Positions 1-8,900 of a stretch of DNA of 64,000 bases are shown in pieces (within the stretch, counting starts at the first letter, position 1; each line of letters begins with the position of its first letter). Position numbers and translations under genes: made by a program. The notes beneath the pieces are model-generated. The model was given only the letters and a program-made list of their open reading frames with translations, made no database searches and was not told the DNA's origin. Source of the stretch: Candidatus Aenigmatarchaeota archaeon (GTDB taxonomy: Archaea > Thermoplasmatota > Thermoplasmata > Halarchaeoplasmatales > Halarchaeoplasmataceae); the NCBI GenBank assembly GCA_046537845.1, contig JBKHKA010000006.1, positions 1,486-65,485 of the forward strand, read 5' to 3'.

Positions 1-72
1 AGTGATATCGGTGATAGTTATGACCACGTTGTTATAAGATGCGTAGACGTGAGCTATTCCCCATTTACCCAT
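1..72 (-). CDS. rps11: 30S ribosomal protein uS11, N-terminal fragment (runs off the window)
   Basis: The reverse complement of nt 72..1 reads ATG GGT AAA TGG..., giving MGKWGIAHVYASYNNVVITITDIT. This is a typical uS11 N-terminus and it follows uS4, as in the archaeal S13-S4-S11 cluster. Confidence 0.8.
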   Translation of the reverse strand, partial: MGKWGIAHVYASYNNVVITITDIT

Positions 73-77
73 GAATA

Positions 78-677
78 TCAACTCCTATTTCCGTATCTAT
101 TTTTTTCTTTCTCTTTTTCGATCATCTTAGCTATGCGGGTAGGTGTGATCTCCTCTTCAGGTCTTTCGGGGTGGAGTTCATCCGAAAGGGGTGAGTTAGA
201 ATAATAATCTATGGTCGATTCCTCTTCTTTGTCGATGATATAGCCTGGGACGGTGACCTTCCTTCCTCCAACGGAGATATGGCCGTGTATTATGAACTGC
301 CTAGCTTGCTGCGGTGTGTGTGCCAATCCCTTGTGATATACGAGAGTTTGGAGCCTCCTGTTCAATATGTTTTCTATGCTCAGACCGAGTATGTCGTTCA
401 GCTCGTGTTCCTGACCTTTCAAATACCCCTTTTTCGTCAGCTTGTCTAGAAGATTTTCCATCTCCTCTGTAGCCTGTTTTTCACCGTATCTCAACCTTGC
501 CTGGAGATTCCTGGCCTGTGCCCGGATTTTCTTCAAGATAGATCGGGCCTTCCAATACTCCTTTTTGTTCTTCAAGCCGTAATGCTTTATGTAATCGTTC
601 TCTTCTTTTATCCTTTCTTCCTGCCAGGGATGAGACGGTTTCTCGTATTTCTTCCTGCTGAATTTTGGATCTCCCAT
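78..677 (-). CDS. rps4: 30S ribosomal protein uS4
   Basis: The 199-aa ORF starts MGDPKFSRKKYEKPSHPWQ and carries an S4 RNA-binding domain (HGHISVGGRKVTVPGY). It sits between uS13 and uS11. Confidence 0.95.
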   Translation of the reverse strand: MGDPKFSRKKYEKPSHPWQEERIKEENDYIKHYGLKNKKEYWKARSILKKIRAQARNLQARLRYGEKQATEEMENLLDKLTKKGYLKGQEHELNDILGLSIENILNRRLQTLVYHKGLAHTPQQARQFIIHGHISVGGRKVTVPGYIIDKEEESTIDYYSNSPLSDELHPERPEEEITPTRIAKMIEKEKEKNRYGNRS

Positions 678-690
678 CTCATATCACCCG

Positions 691-1182
691 TTATTCTTCC
701 TCGCTTGCTTGGGCTCTCGCCAGTTTCTTCTCTACACCGAGCTCCATGCCGGTCCTGCCGTTCGATTTTGTCCTTTGGCCTCTTACCTTTTGGCCTCTCT
801 CGTGCCTGACGCCCTTGTAGCAACTGATCTTCTGCATCCGATTGATGTCCTCACGGAGCGCGGTATCCAGTTCGTTTTTGATCAGATGATCATCTTCTCC
901 AGTCACGGGATCCCTTTCACGATTCACAGCCCAGGATGGGGACTCTTCGGAAAAGGAATCGATGGCTTCCTTGAGCTCTTCGATAGCCTCGTCCTCCAAT
1001 TTTCCTATCCTTTCATTGGGATCTACGTTGGTTGAGTTCACTACTATCTCAGCTACTCTAGTGCCCACTCCCTTGATGTCCCTTAGTGCGTAGGATACGG
1101 GCTTCGTTCCGTCGATGTCCGTGTTCTTCATACGGACGATATATTGGAATTTCTCATCTTCTTTTTCTTCTTCTTCAGGCAA
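691..1182 (-). CDS. rps13: 30S ribosomal protein uS13
   Basis: The ORF contains FQYIVRMKNTDIDGTKPVSYALRDIKGVGTRVAE, the uS13 signature. Its first codon is TTG, preceded by GGAGGAAATACT (Shine-Dalgarno-like). Confidence 0.93.
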   Translation of the reverse strand: MPEEEEKEDEKFQYIVRMKNTDIDGTKPVSYALRDIKGVGTRVAEIVVNSTNVDPNERIGKLEDEAIEELKEAIDSFSEESPSWAVNRERDPVTGEDDHLIKNELDTALREDINRMQKISCYKGVRHERGQKVRGQRTKSNGRTGMELGVEKKLARAQASEEE

Positions 1183-1303
1183 AGTATTTCCTCCATTGGT
1201 TAGTGGAAATCATTTGATATGGAATCTAGACTCAGATGCGTGGTTTGGCTTAAGATTCCATGTAGTATAAAAGCGTTGCCCCTGCGCCCCTTTCGAAACT
1301 CGA

Positions 1304-1897
1304 TCATCCCTCACCACCGTGAAATCCCTTGGCGATTATGTACATCTCGGAGCTAGATTGTCTTGAGGCCTTTGGGGAGTATCCGTGGACCGAGTCGAAA
1401 GCTCTTTTCGTTTGTTCCATAATATCCTCAAAATCCTCTCCCTGGAACACCTTCACCACGAACCTTCCGCCTTCCTTCAAATTGGTGAAGCAGAACTTCA
1501 ACGCGTGCCTGGCGAGATAAATTGACCTTGCGTGATCTACTTCATAATTTCCAGTTATATTGGGGGACATATCGCTTATCACCACGTCCACCTCTCCAGC
1601 TATGATAGATACTTTCCTGATGAACTCCTCATCGGTCATGTCACCCCGTTGAAAACTCACCCCCTCTATATCTCTCATCCGTTCTTTATCCACTGCCAGA
1701 ACGTTATCCTCGCCCACCATCTCTACGGCGTACTCGCTCCAGCTTCCCGGGGCAGCCCCCAGGTCCACCACCACGTCATCCTCTCTGAACATATTGAATT
1801 TCTCATCGATCTGCTTGAGTTTATAGACCGCCCTAGAGCGGTAGCCTTCCTCTTTGGCCTTGTGGTAGTAGCCGTCCTTTCTCTTGTAAGCACTCAT
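1304..1897 (-). CDS. rlmE: 23S rRNA 2'-O-ribose methyltransferase, RlmE/FtsJ family
   Basis: YRSRAVYKLKQIDEKF followed by the SAM motif DLGAAPGSWSEY is the typical FtsJ architecture. Confidence 0.9.
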   Translation of the reverse strand: MSAYKRKDGYYHKAKEEGYRSRAVYKLKQIDEKFNMFREDDVVVDLGAAPGSWSEYAVEMVGEDNVLAVDKERMRDIEGVSFQRGDMTDEEFIRKVSIIAGEVDVVISDMSPNITGNYEVDHARSIYLARHALKFCFTNLKEGGRFVVKVFQGEDFEDIMEQTKRAFDSVHGYSPKASRQSSSEMYIIAKGFHGGEG

Positions 1898-1994
1898 ATT
1901 GGAACATCAATGAAAGGGTGTACTTAGTATTTAGGCGAAGTTGGAAAAGAAGGCAGAAAATTTTTAATCGGAAGAGATAATTGAAGATTCACAC

Positions 1995-2336
1995 ATGACA
2001 TCTCAAGATGCATTCAAAAAGGTCATCAACGTGATAGATAGGATGCGCAAACCGGGGGAAAAGCCGAAGGAGGACCTTTACTCTATGGATAAATTCGTGT
2101 GTGATCTATGTCAGGGGGTCAAGGGAAGAGAAGAGATAACCCAATGCGGCTTTTGCGGGAGATGGGTGTGTAAGGATGACGAAGAAGATGACTGTTGGAA
2201 CGAAGAGATGAAGGCTTGTGAGAGCTGCAGCGGTGTTATCCTCCTGGCTAAAAAAGGAGATCAGATAGATGAAAAAGATCTGATGGATGAAAAAGATCAA
2301 AAAGAAAGTTCAGATGAGGGCGATGAAGATGAGTGA
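1995..2336 (+). CDS. small acidic Cys8 zinc-finger protein, function unknown
   Basis: The 113-aa ORF has the pattern CX2CX11CX2CX4CX7CX7CX2C and an acidic tail. I cannot assign a family. Confidence 0.55.
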   Translation: MTSQDAFKKVINVIDRMRKPGEKPKEDLYSMDKFVCDLCQGVKGREEITQCGFCGRWVCKDDEEDDCWNEEMKACESCSGVILLAKKGDQIDEKDLMDEKDQKESSDEGDEDE

Positions 2337-2535
2337 ATTGGACGAGACCATAAATACTTTGGAGTGGGATAAAAGACTGGATGAGGTCCGCTATGGAAGA
2401 GTGAAAGATGAAGAAAAAGAAAAATATCTGCTGGAGAGCTACACACTCGAGATACTCATAGCGTTCTTTGGAGGCTTGATGTTCGGATTGATCATAGGTA
2501 CTATAGTGATACCTACCCTAGCAGGCATACTATAA
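2323..2535 (+). CDS. small C-terminally anchored membrane protein, function unknown
   Basis: The ORF has a soluble charged N-terminal part and one C-terminal TM (ILIAFFGGLMFGLIIGTIVIPTLAGIL). I chose the ATG at 2323 (or 2329), which overlaps the stop of the upstream Cys-rich gene. The track start at 2287 is less likely. Confidence 0.45.
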   Translation: MKMSELDETINTLEWDKRLDEVRYGRVKDEEKEKYLLESYTLEILIAFFGGLMFGLIIGTIVIPTLAGIL

Positions 2536-2546
2536 AGGTGATATAG

Positions 2547-4439
2547 ATGAAGATACTTCTGATACATTCGGATTATCTGAAATATCAGGTGAAAAAAGAG
2601 ACTCCCGTAGCTGAAGAGATCGAAGAAGAGATGAAAAAGGGAGAGATGAACGAATGTCTCTCAGTATTCACTGCGGTCGAAGAGAAGGACGAAGGGAAGG
2701 TAGAAAAAGTGGTAGAACAGGGAGTGAAAGAGATAAAAGACACCGCAGAAAAGCTCGACGTCTCAAAGATAATGATCTATCCCTACGCGCACTTGAGTCC
2801 AACTCTAGGAGATCCCGAGACCGCCGTGGAGGTGCTCAAAGGATTAGAGGAAGAACTGCATGAAGATGGCTATGAAGTACACAGGTCTCCTTTCGGCTGG
2901 TATAAAGCATTCCAGCTGAGCTGTAAGGGACATCCTCTCTCCGAACTCTCCAAAGAGATCGTCGTGGAAGAGGAAGAGAAGGAAGAAGTCGTTTCAAAGG
3001 CTCTCGAGGCAGAAGAGACCTTAGAATCGACATGGGGTGTCCTCGAGGAAGACGGAACCTTTCACGAGGTCGAAATCGATGGTAACGAGGTAAAAGGATA
3101 CGATTTCGAAGACAACCAAGATCTAGAAGACTTTTTCGTTTACGAAGCGGGAGAGAAAAAGAAGTCAGGTGAAAGATCACCGCATGTCGATCTGATGAGA
3201 AGACATGAATTAGTGGATTACGAACCCGGTTCAGATCCAGGAAATCTGAGGTACTACCCGAAGGGTAGGATGATGAAGGGGCTCCTTGAAGAATTCGTGA
3301 GCGAAAAGACCAGAGAATACGGTGCTATGGAGATCGAATCTCCCGTGATGTACGATCTTGACCATCCGACATTGAAAAAATATCTCGACCGCTTTCCGGA
3401 GAGACAGTATCAGATCGAGACTCCAGATAAGGATGTCTTTTTGCGATTCGCGGCTTGCTTCGGTCAATTTTTGATGGGTCACGACATGACCATCTCTTAT
3501 AGGCAATTACCTGTAAGACTTTACGAACTGACCAGATATTCCTTCCGTATGGAACAGAGGGGAGAGCTAACAGGATTGAGGAGGCTGAGAGCTTTCACCA
3601 TGCCCGACAGTCACGCCCTATGTGGGGACATCGAGCAGGCTCAGAAGGAGATGATAACCAGGATGGACCTGGCTATCAGAGTACTCAAAAATATCGGTAT
3701 AGATCTTCCTGAAACGCTGGAATTGGGTATCCGATGTACCGAGGACTTCTTTGAGGAAAATAAAGATCATCTGATCGAGATAGTAAAAAACTACGGGAAA
3801 CCCGCGCTGATAGAGATATGGGATGAACGTTTCTTTTACTATGTGATGAAATACGAGTTCAACTATATCGATAAGCTGGGCAGAGCGAGCGCGTTGGTGA
3901 CCGATCAGCTCGACGTGGAAAATGCTGAAAGATATGGGATAACATACGTAGATGAAGAGGGCGCAGAGAAAAATCCTTATCTCCTCCATCTCTCTCCAAG
4001 CGGTGCCATAGAGAGGGTGATCTTTACACTTCTAGAGTTGGCAGGAACACGGGAAGACGAAGGCGAAAAACCAGCGTTCCCCTACTGGTTAGCGCCGACA
4101 CAATTGAGGTTCGTTCCCATCTCGGACGATCAACTGGAGTATGTAAAAGAGTTGGAGAAGAGCTTCAAAGGGGTAAGAAGGGATATCGACGATACTGACA
4201 GGACCGTAGGGAAGAAGATCCGCCAGGCAGAGAAGGAGTGGATACCTTTCGTGGCGGTCATCGGCCCCAAGGAGGTCGAAAGTGGAAAACTCTCGGTCAG
4301 GATCAGAGGTGAAGAAAAAGAGAAAGAGATGGAGTTGGATGAATTGAAAAGATTGCTCGAAGAGAAGCAGGGTGACATGCCTTTCAGAGAGCTTCCACTG
4401 CCCACTTATCTCAGCAAAAGACCTTCCTTCGTAGGCTGA
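2547..4439 (+). CDS. thrS: threonyl-tRNA synthetase, archaeal type with N-terminal editing domain
   Basis: The 630-aa ORF has an archaeal ThrRS editing domain at the N-terminus (MKILLIHSDYLKY...), a class II core and an anticodon-binding C-terminus. AAGGTGAT lies upstream of the ATG. Confidence 0.95.
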   Translation: MKILLIHSDYLKYQVKKETPVAEEIEEEMKKGEMNECLSVFTAVEEKDEGKVEKVVEQGVKEIKDTAEKLDVSKIMIYPYAHLSPTLGDPETAVEVLKGLEEELHEDGYEVHRSPFGWYKAFQLSCKGHPLSELSKEIVVEEEEKEEVVSKALEAEETLESTWGVLEEDGTFHEVEIDGNEVKGYDFEDNQDLEDFFVYEAGEKKKSGERSPHVDLMRRHELVDYEPGSDPGNLRYYPKGRMMKGLLEEFVSEKTREYGAMEIESPVMYDLDHPTLKKYLDRFPERQYQIETPDKDVFLRFAACFGQFLMGHDMTISYRQLPVRLYELTRYSFRMEQRGELTGLRRLRAFTMPDSHALCGDIEQAQKEMITRMDLAIRVLKNIGIDLPETLELGIRCTEDFFEENKDHLIEIVKNYGKPALIEIWDERFFYYVMKYEFNYIDKLGRASALVTDQLDVENAERYGITYVDEEGAEKNPYLLHLSPSGAIERVIFTLLELAGTREDEGEKPAFPYWLAPTQLRFVPISDDQLEYVKELEKSFKGVRRDIDDTDRTVGKKIRQAEKEWIPFVAVIGPKEVESGKLSVRIRGEEKEKEMELDELKRLLEEKQGDMPFRELPLPTYLSKRPSFVG

Positions 4440-4449
4440 ACTCCAAACT

Positions 4450-5916
4450 TCAGGCTACCTGGTACAATCGAAGTTCATCTTTCATATCCTTTAATTCATT
4501 CTCTGAAAACGAGTTGGGATCGACATGCACCAAGAGCGTGAATTTTGGCTCTCTAGTGATCCCCCATACTTTTTTCAAGAACTCTAAAGTACTGTCGAAG
4601 CCGTTCTCAACCTTCATCCTTTCCAACTTATCTATGAATATGACCCCTTCCTCGTTCTCTTCTACAAAACTTTTGATCTGCGGTACGAGTTCGGCATGTA
4701 TCTCCGTAGGGCTCACCACCTGGAATACATCGGAATCTATGTTAGATAGCCAGATAAGATTTTCTCTTGACACCTCCACTCCGAACTCACCCGCTATCTT
4801 GTTGGGGGGTGTGGTAGTCACCACTAGAGCTCTTTTCTGCTTCGAGAAGTACTGGGCGAATATAGAATAAGAATGGTGTATCTCCTTGCCTTCCAAAAGG
4901 TAGTTAGAGCCTTTCCTGAGGAATTCCTCCTCATCTTTGACTTCTTCCTTCAGATCTTCCTCGGGTATCTCAGATTCCTCCTCTACCTGTTCCATCTCCT
5001 CCTCTTCCTTTTCTTCCTCTTTTTCTTCCTCTTCCTCCATCATCTCCCTTTCCATGGTCTTCGGATAGAGTTTGAAGGTGACTGAAGCCGTGGCAGAGGG
5101 TTCAAGCCACTCGACGACTTTCTTCCTCTCCCGTGAATCGAGAGATTCGGGGATAAAGGGTCTCAGAGTTATATTTTTCAGAGGCCTCTCACTGATGTTC
5201 TTTATGGATATCTTGTAGATAGGGTATTTATATGCACAGTCCAGGTTGGAGGTCAAGATTATCTTGTTGTTGAGGATGAGATCGGCCAACTTGTTCCGTT
5301 CTATCTTATTATCCGACTTCAATATCGCCTCAACGGACCGGCTCTCTTTTGGTCTTATGACGCCTAATTTTTTTTCCGGAAGATCTTTGAATCCCTGAGG
5401 GGTAGAGAGATTTATCAATATCTCCCCAAGGGGGGAATCCATCCTATTGATTATCTGGAAGGTGAAATTTATCCTGCCCACGTCGTTCCTTATGACCGTC
5501 CTGAGGCTGACATTTTTCTTCAAGAGAGGGAAAGGCAGGAATAGACTCCTCTCAAGGGCGGTCCAAGAGTCCTCCATGAGCTCAAAGGCACGGCCGAAGT
5601 CCATCTCCGCTAGCGCCTCTTTGGCTTCTTCTAGTATGGACCTAGCCTCCCCAACATCATAGCCCTGTTTCTCTTTCCTATCTATATTTTTTCTGAGTTT
5701 TCCAAACTCAGATAATGCTTTTTCCTGCTGCTTTTTGACCTGGTCTATCTCCTTTTCAAGTCTTTTAGTTTCCTTTTTAGATCCCTTATAATCCCCTGTC
5801 TTGAATAGTTCCTTAGAATTGTCTCTTAGCTCTTTCAATATCCTCTCGGAGCTGGCGGATGACGGGTCTTTCCGCTCTAACGGTTTTCCCTCATTCGGAG
5901 ACACTCTTTTCACCAT
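4450..5916 (-). CDS. cytoplasmic protein: helical hairpin, degenerate beta-sandwich modules, acidic linker and C-terminal DUF835-like domain
   Basis: The C-terminal ~140 aa (NYLLEG...LIWLSNIDSD...GVIFIDKLERM...LLVHVDP) align with the C-terminus of the IleRS-like protein at 43831..47805. They match my recollection of Pfam DUF835. The start overlaps the stop of the upstream giant gene by 26 nt. Confidence 0.7.
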   Translation of the reverse strand: MVKRVSPNEGKPLERKDPSSASSERILKELRDNSKELFKTGDYKGSKKETKRLEKEIDQVKKQQEKALSEFGKLRKNIDRKEKQGYDVGEARSILEEAKEALAEMDFGRAFELMEDSWTALERSLFLPFPLLKKNVSLRTVIRNDVGRINFTFQIINRMDSPLGEILINLSTPQGFKDLPEKKLGVIRPKESRSVEAILKSDNKIERNKLADLILNNKIILTSNLDCAYKYPIYKISIKNISERPLKNITLRPFIPESLDSRERKKVVEWLEPSATASVTFKLYPKTMEREMMEEEEEKEEEKEEEEMEQVEEESEIPEEDLKEEVKDEEEFLRKGSNYLLEGKEIHHSYSIFAQYFSKQKRALVVTTTPPNKIAGEFGVEVSRENLIWLSNIDSDVFQVVSPTEIHAELVPQIKSFVEENEEGVIFIDKLERMKVENGFDSTLEFLKKVWGITREPKFTLLVHVDPNSFSENELKDMKDELRLYQVA

Positions 5917-8900
5917 CCTTGGTAAATTGCTGAACTTTCACTCTCAAATCTTCGATGACCTTTTCATTTCCAGATATCCTCATCCATAGTTCTTCATGGA
6001 GCTTTGCGGTCCAGATCGCGATGACCAGGCCGATAAACACGTATACACCCACGAATATGAGGCTGGGTATATATACAAAATTGGAGATCTCGAAGAAACC
6101 AGTCGTCAGAGCACCAACGTAATCGCCCATGAAAATAAGATCCAGATTTGTCATCAATAGGAAAACAAGGTAGGTGATACCGCCTGTCAAAGATAGAGCT
6201 AGATGATAGTAATAGGGCGAGGGAGTTTCCTCTTTTTCAGGCTCTTTCTCTACTGACCTTTCTTCTGTTAACCAGCCTCCCTCTTCTCTTTCTCTCTTCT
6301 CCGATTCGTCCTTTTCCGCCCTCGGGTTGAGATCCTTCTCGGGCTTTGAAGACTTCTCCTTTATTATATGCCGGGTGACAGAGCTTAAGAGATCTTTGAT
6401 CTCGAACCGGATCATGTAAAGTAAAGCTGCGAAAGAGATCATCCCCAGGATGATTATCCCCATATTTATCCTGTTGATCAGTTCAGATGACCCGATGGTC
6501 CAATACCATGGGAACATCACCATTGAGGCGAACAGAACGCCCAAAGAGAGCCCCATGGATACACACAACCCGTTGTGCTCTCTCAGAGCTCTCCAAGAGA
6601 TGATGAAGGCCAAAAGACTGACAACGAAAAGGATCAGCGGAAGCCAGTAGGGTATGCCGTGATACCTCGAAATCATCATATCCCGGCTCATCTCGTTGTT
6701 ATTTTCAGCGTCACCAGCAGCATTTATCATGTAGATCTCATCGTCTGGATCGACTATGACTTCTACATCGTGCCGCCTGACCGTTTCCCCCCATTTCCAA
6801 TCGTCCGTCTTATGGACCAATTTGTATCTGAATACCTCTTCGCTGACGCCCGTTCCTTCTCTCCCCAAGAACTCTATCTCTTCTTCCGGTATGGTATGGT
6901 CGTCGATCACCAGCTCGAACGGTATGGCGGGTACGGGAGACTCCTCATCTGGCAGTAGGTCTTCGCTGCCGGAACGTTCTATAGAAAATGTGATCTCAAG
7001 CTCCCTCCCGTTCTTGCGCGGATCGATGGATATATCTACGGGTCTGATATCGAACCAGGACATCTTGGTTCGGGTCACGAGCACATTGGTCTCAGCGGGC
7101 AAGCTCTTACTCCTCGAGTTCGCAACTATTTCGAACTCCTGTACATCCTCGCGTTCGACCCGGGGAGCATCCATCTCTAATATCAGCTCTTCGCTCTCAT
7201 AGGCCTCTTCGAACTCCAAGGTATCTGAATTTACATCAAATTCTGAACCTCTATGCTGGAACGTTATTTCCCAGCCCTGGCTCTCGAGTCTTTCTACAGG
7301 TGCTGAAAGGTTCACGACATCAGGAAGGCTTTCTCCAGCGTTTTTGTCTTCTTCTTCCAGTGGCACGTTCATTATTGTGATGTCATATCCTGCGGTCTCG
7401 CCTATCTTTATGGTCTTTGAGGGTTCTTCAGCATCTATCATCACCACCCTGGTCGTGGTGGTGGTTTCCTCAGAAAAATCTTCATCCCCTACCGTCACTT
7501 CGATCTTTTCGCCCAAGCAGGGTTCCAAGCTCAGCGGCAGTTCGACGGTGAGATTCGTGACTGCTTTTTCTCCTATCCCCAACTCCAATACGTCCTCATC
7601 AAGATGAGCGTTCCCAAGATAGGCTTCGTCTTCCTCTGAGGTAAGATTCAGATCTACCTTATCTTCTGCGTTCCCCAGATTGAAGACCTCGATCTGGTGT
7701 TCCGCACTCTCCCCCGGTAATGCATTCTGAGCTTCAAAAGACGTGATCCGGTGCCTTTTGACCTTTTCAACGGTCAATTCTTCTTTTATGCTCTCATTCA
7801 CGCTCGAGTCAGTTCGAGATGTTGCGTTGATCATCACCTCGAACTGAGTTCCGCCCAAAATGTCCAACTCCTCCAAGCTTTCATAAGACGGAACGTCAGG
7901 GATCTCTGGAGCGGTCACGGTCACATTCCTTATTTCAGATGTTAAAGGTGCGAGCTCCACCAGTTCTTCCTGCACGTAGATGTTCCATGCGTCGTTTTCA
8001 GACCCTGCCTCAAGTTCAAAACTGTCGTTCGTGTTGCCGTTGTTATGTATCTTTATGCTCATGTTTGCGGTCTCACCCGGCCTTATCGAAAGCTCAGGAT
8101 CGACCGCTTCTATCTTCACATCCGGAACTTTCACCACTTCTGTTGTCGTATTGGCGGTATCGGTTTTACTCCTGTTCCCACTACTTCTCCCTATGACCGT
8201 AACGTTGAAAGGCTTCTCGTGTACAGCGTCTGATGAAGGAGTGACGTTGAGATGGGTCGTGGTGGTATTCCACCGGTCTATGGTGAGAGAAGCGTCCACC
8301 AACTCAGCATCCCACCTCTCGGTCTCTGAGTGTTCTAAAGAGAGGGTGATCGTATCTCTGACATTTCCCGCGTTCGTCACTTCTATCTGATAAGAGACCG
8401 TCTCTTCGGGATAAACTGTGGTTTTGTTCATATCCGGCTCTAGTATGACTGAATATCCTTCACCCACCTCGATGAAGGCACTACCCTGATCAGAGACGGT
8501 CTCGTCCCGCTGATTCCTCTCGAACAAAGAGGTAGCCGATAGGATGACCTCCTCGGTGTGGCCGAGTTCGACCTTCCTCGGGATCTTAACCTCGACTGTG
8601 ACATTGGCTTCCCTAGAGGGGTGAAGATTTTCTACCAAGCTTTTATTCTCTCCTTCGACTTTGACTATATCAGATTCCCAACCGTTCTGGGTCGATGAAT
8701 GGAGTTCATAGTGGTCGATGCCGTTACCGGTATTTTTGACGGTGAAATCCAAGCGGACCGTCTCCTCAGGTCGACCATCGACGTTCTCCTCCACCGGAGA
8801 AACTTCGACGCCGCCGCTCTGATTCACTACCACTTTGACCTCTCCCGTGCCGTTATGTATATACTGGTCGGAGACGTCTGAATGAGGGAATGGTCGAGCG

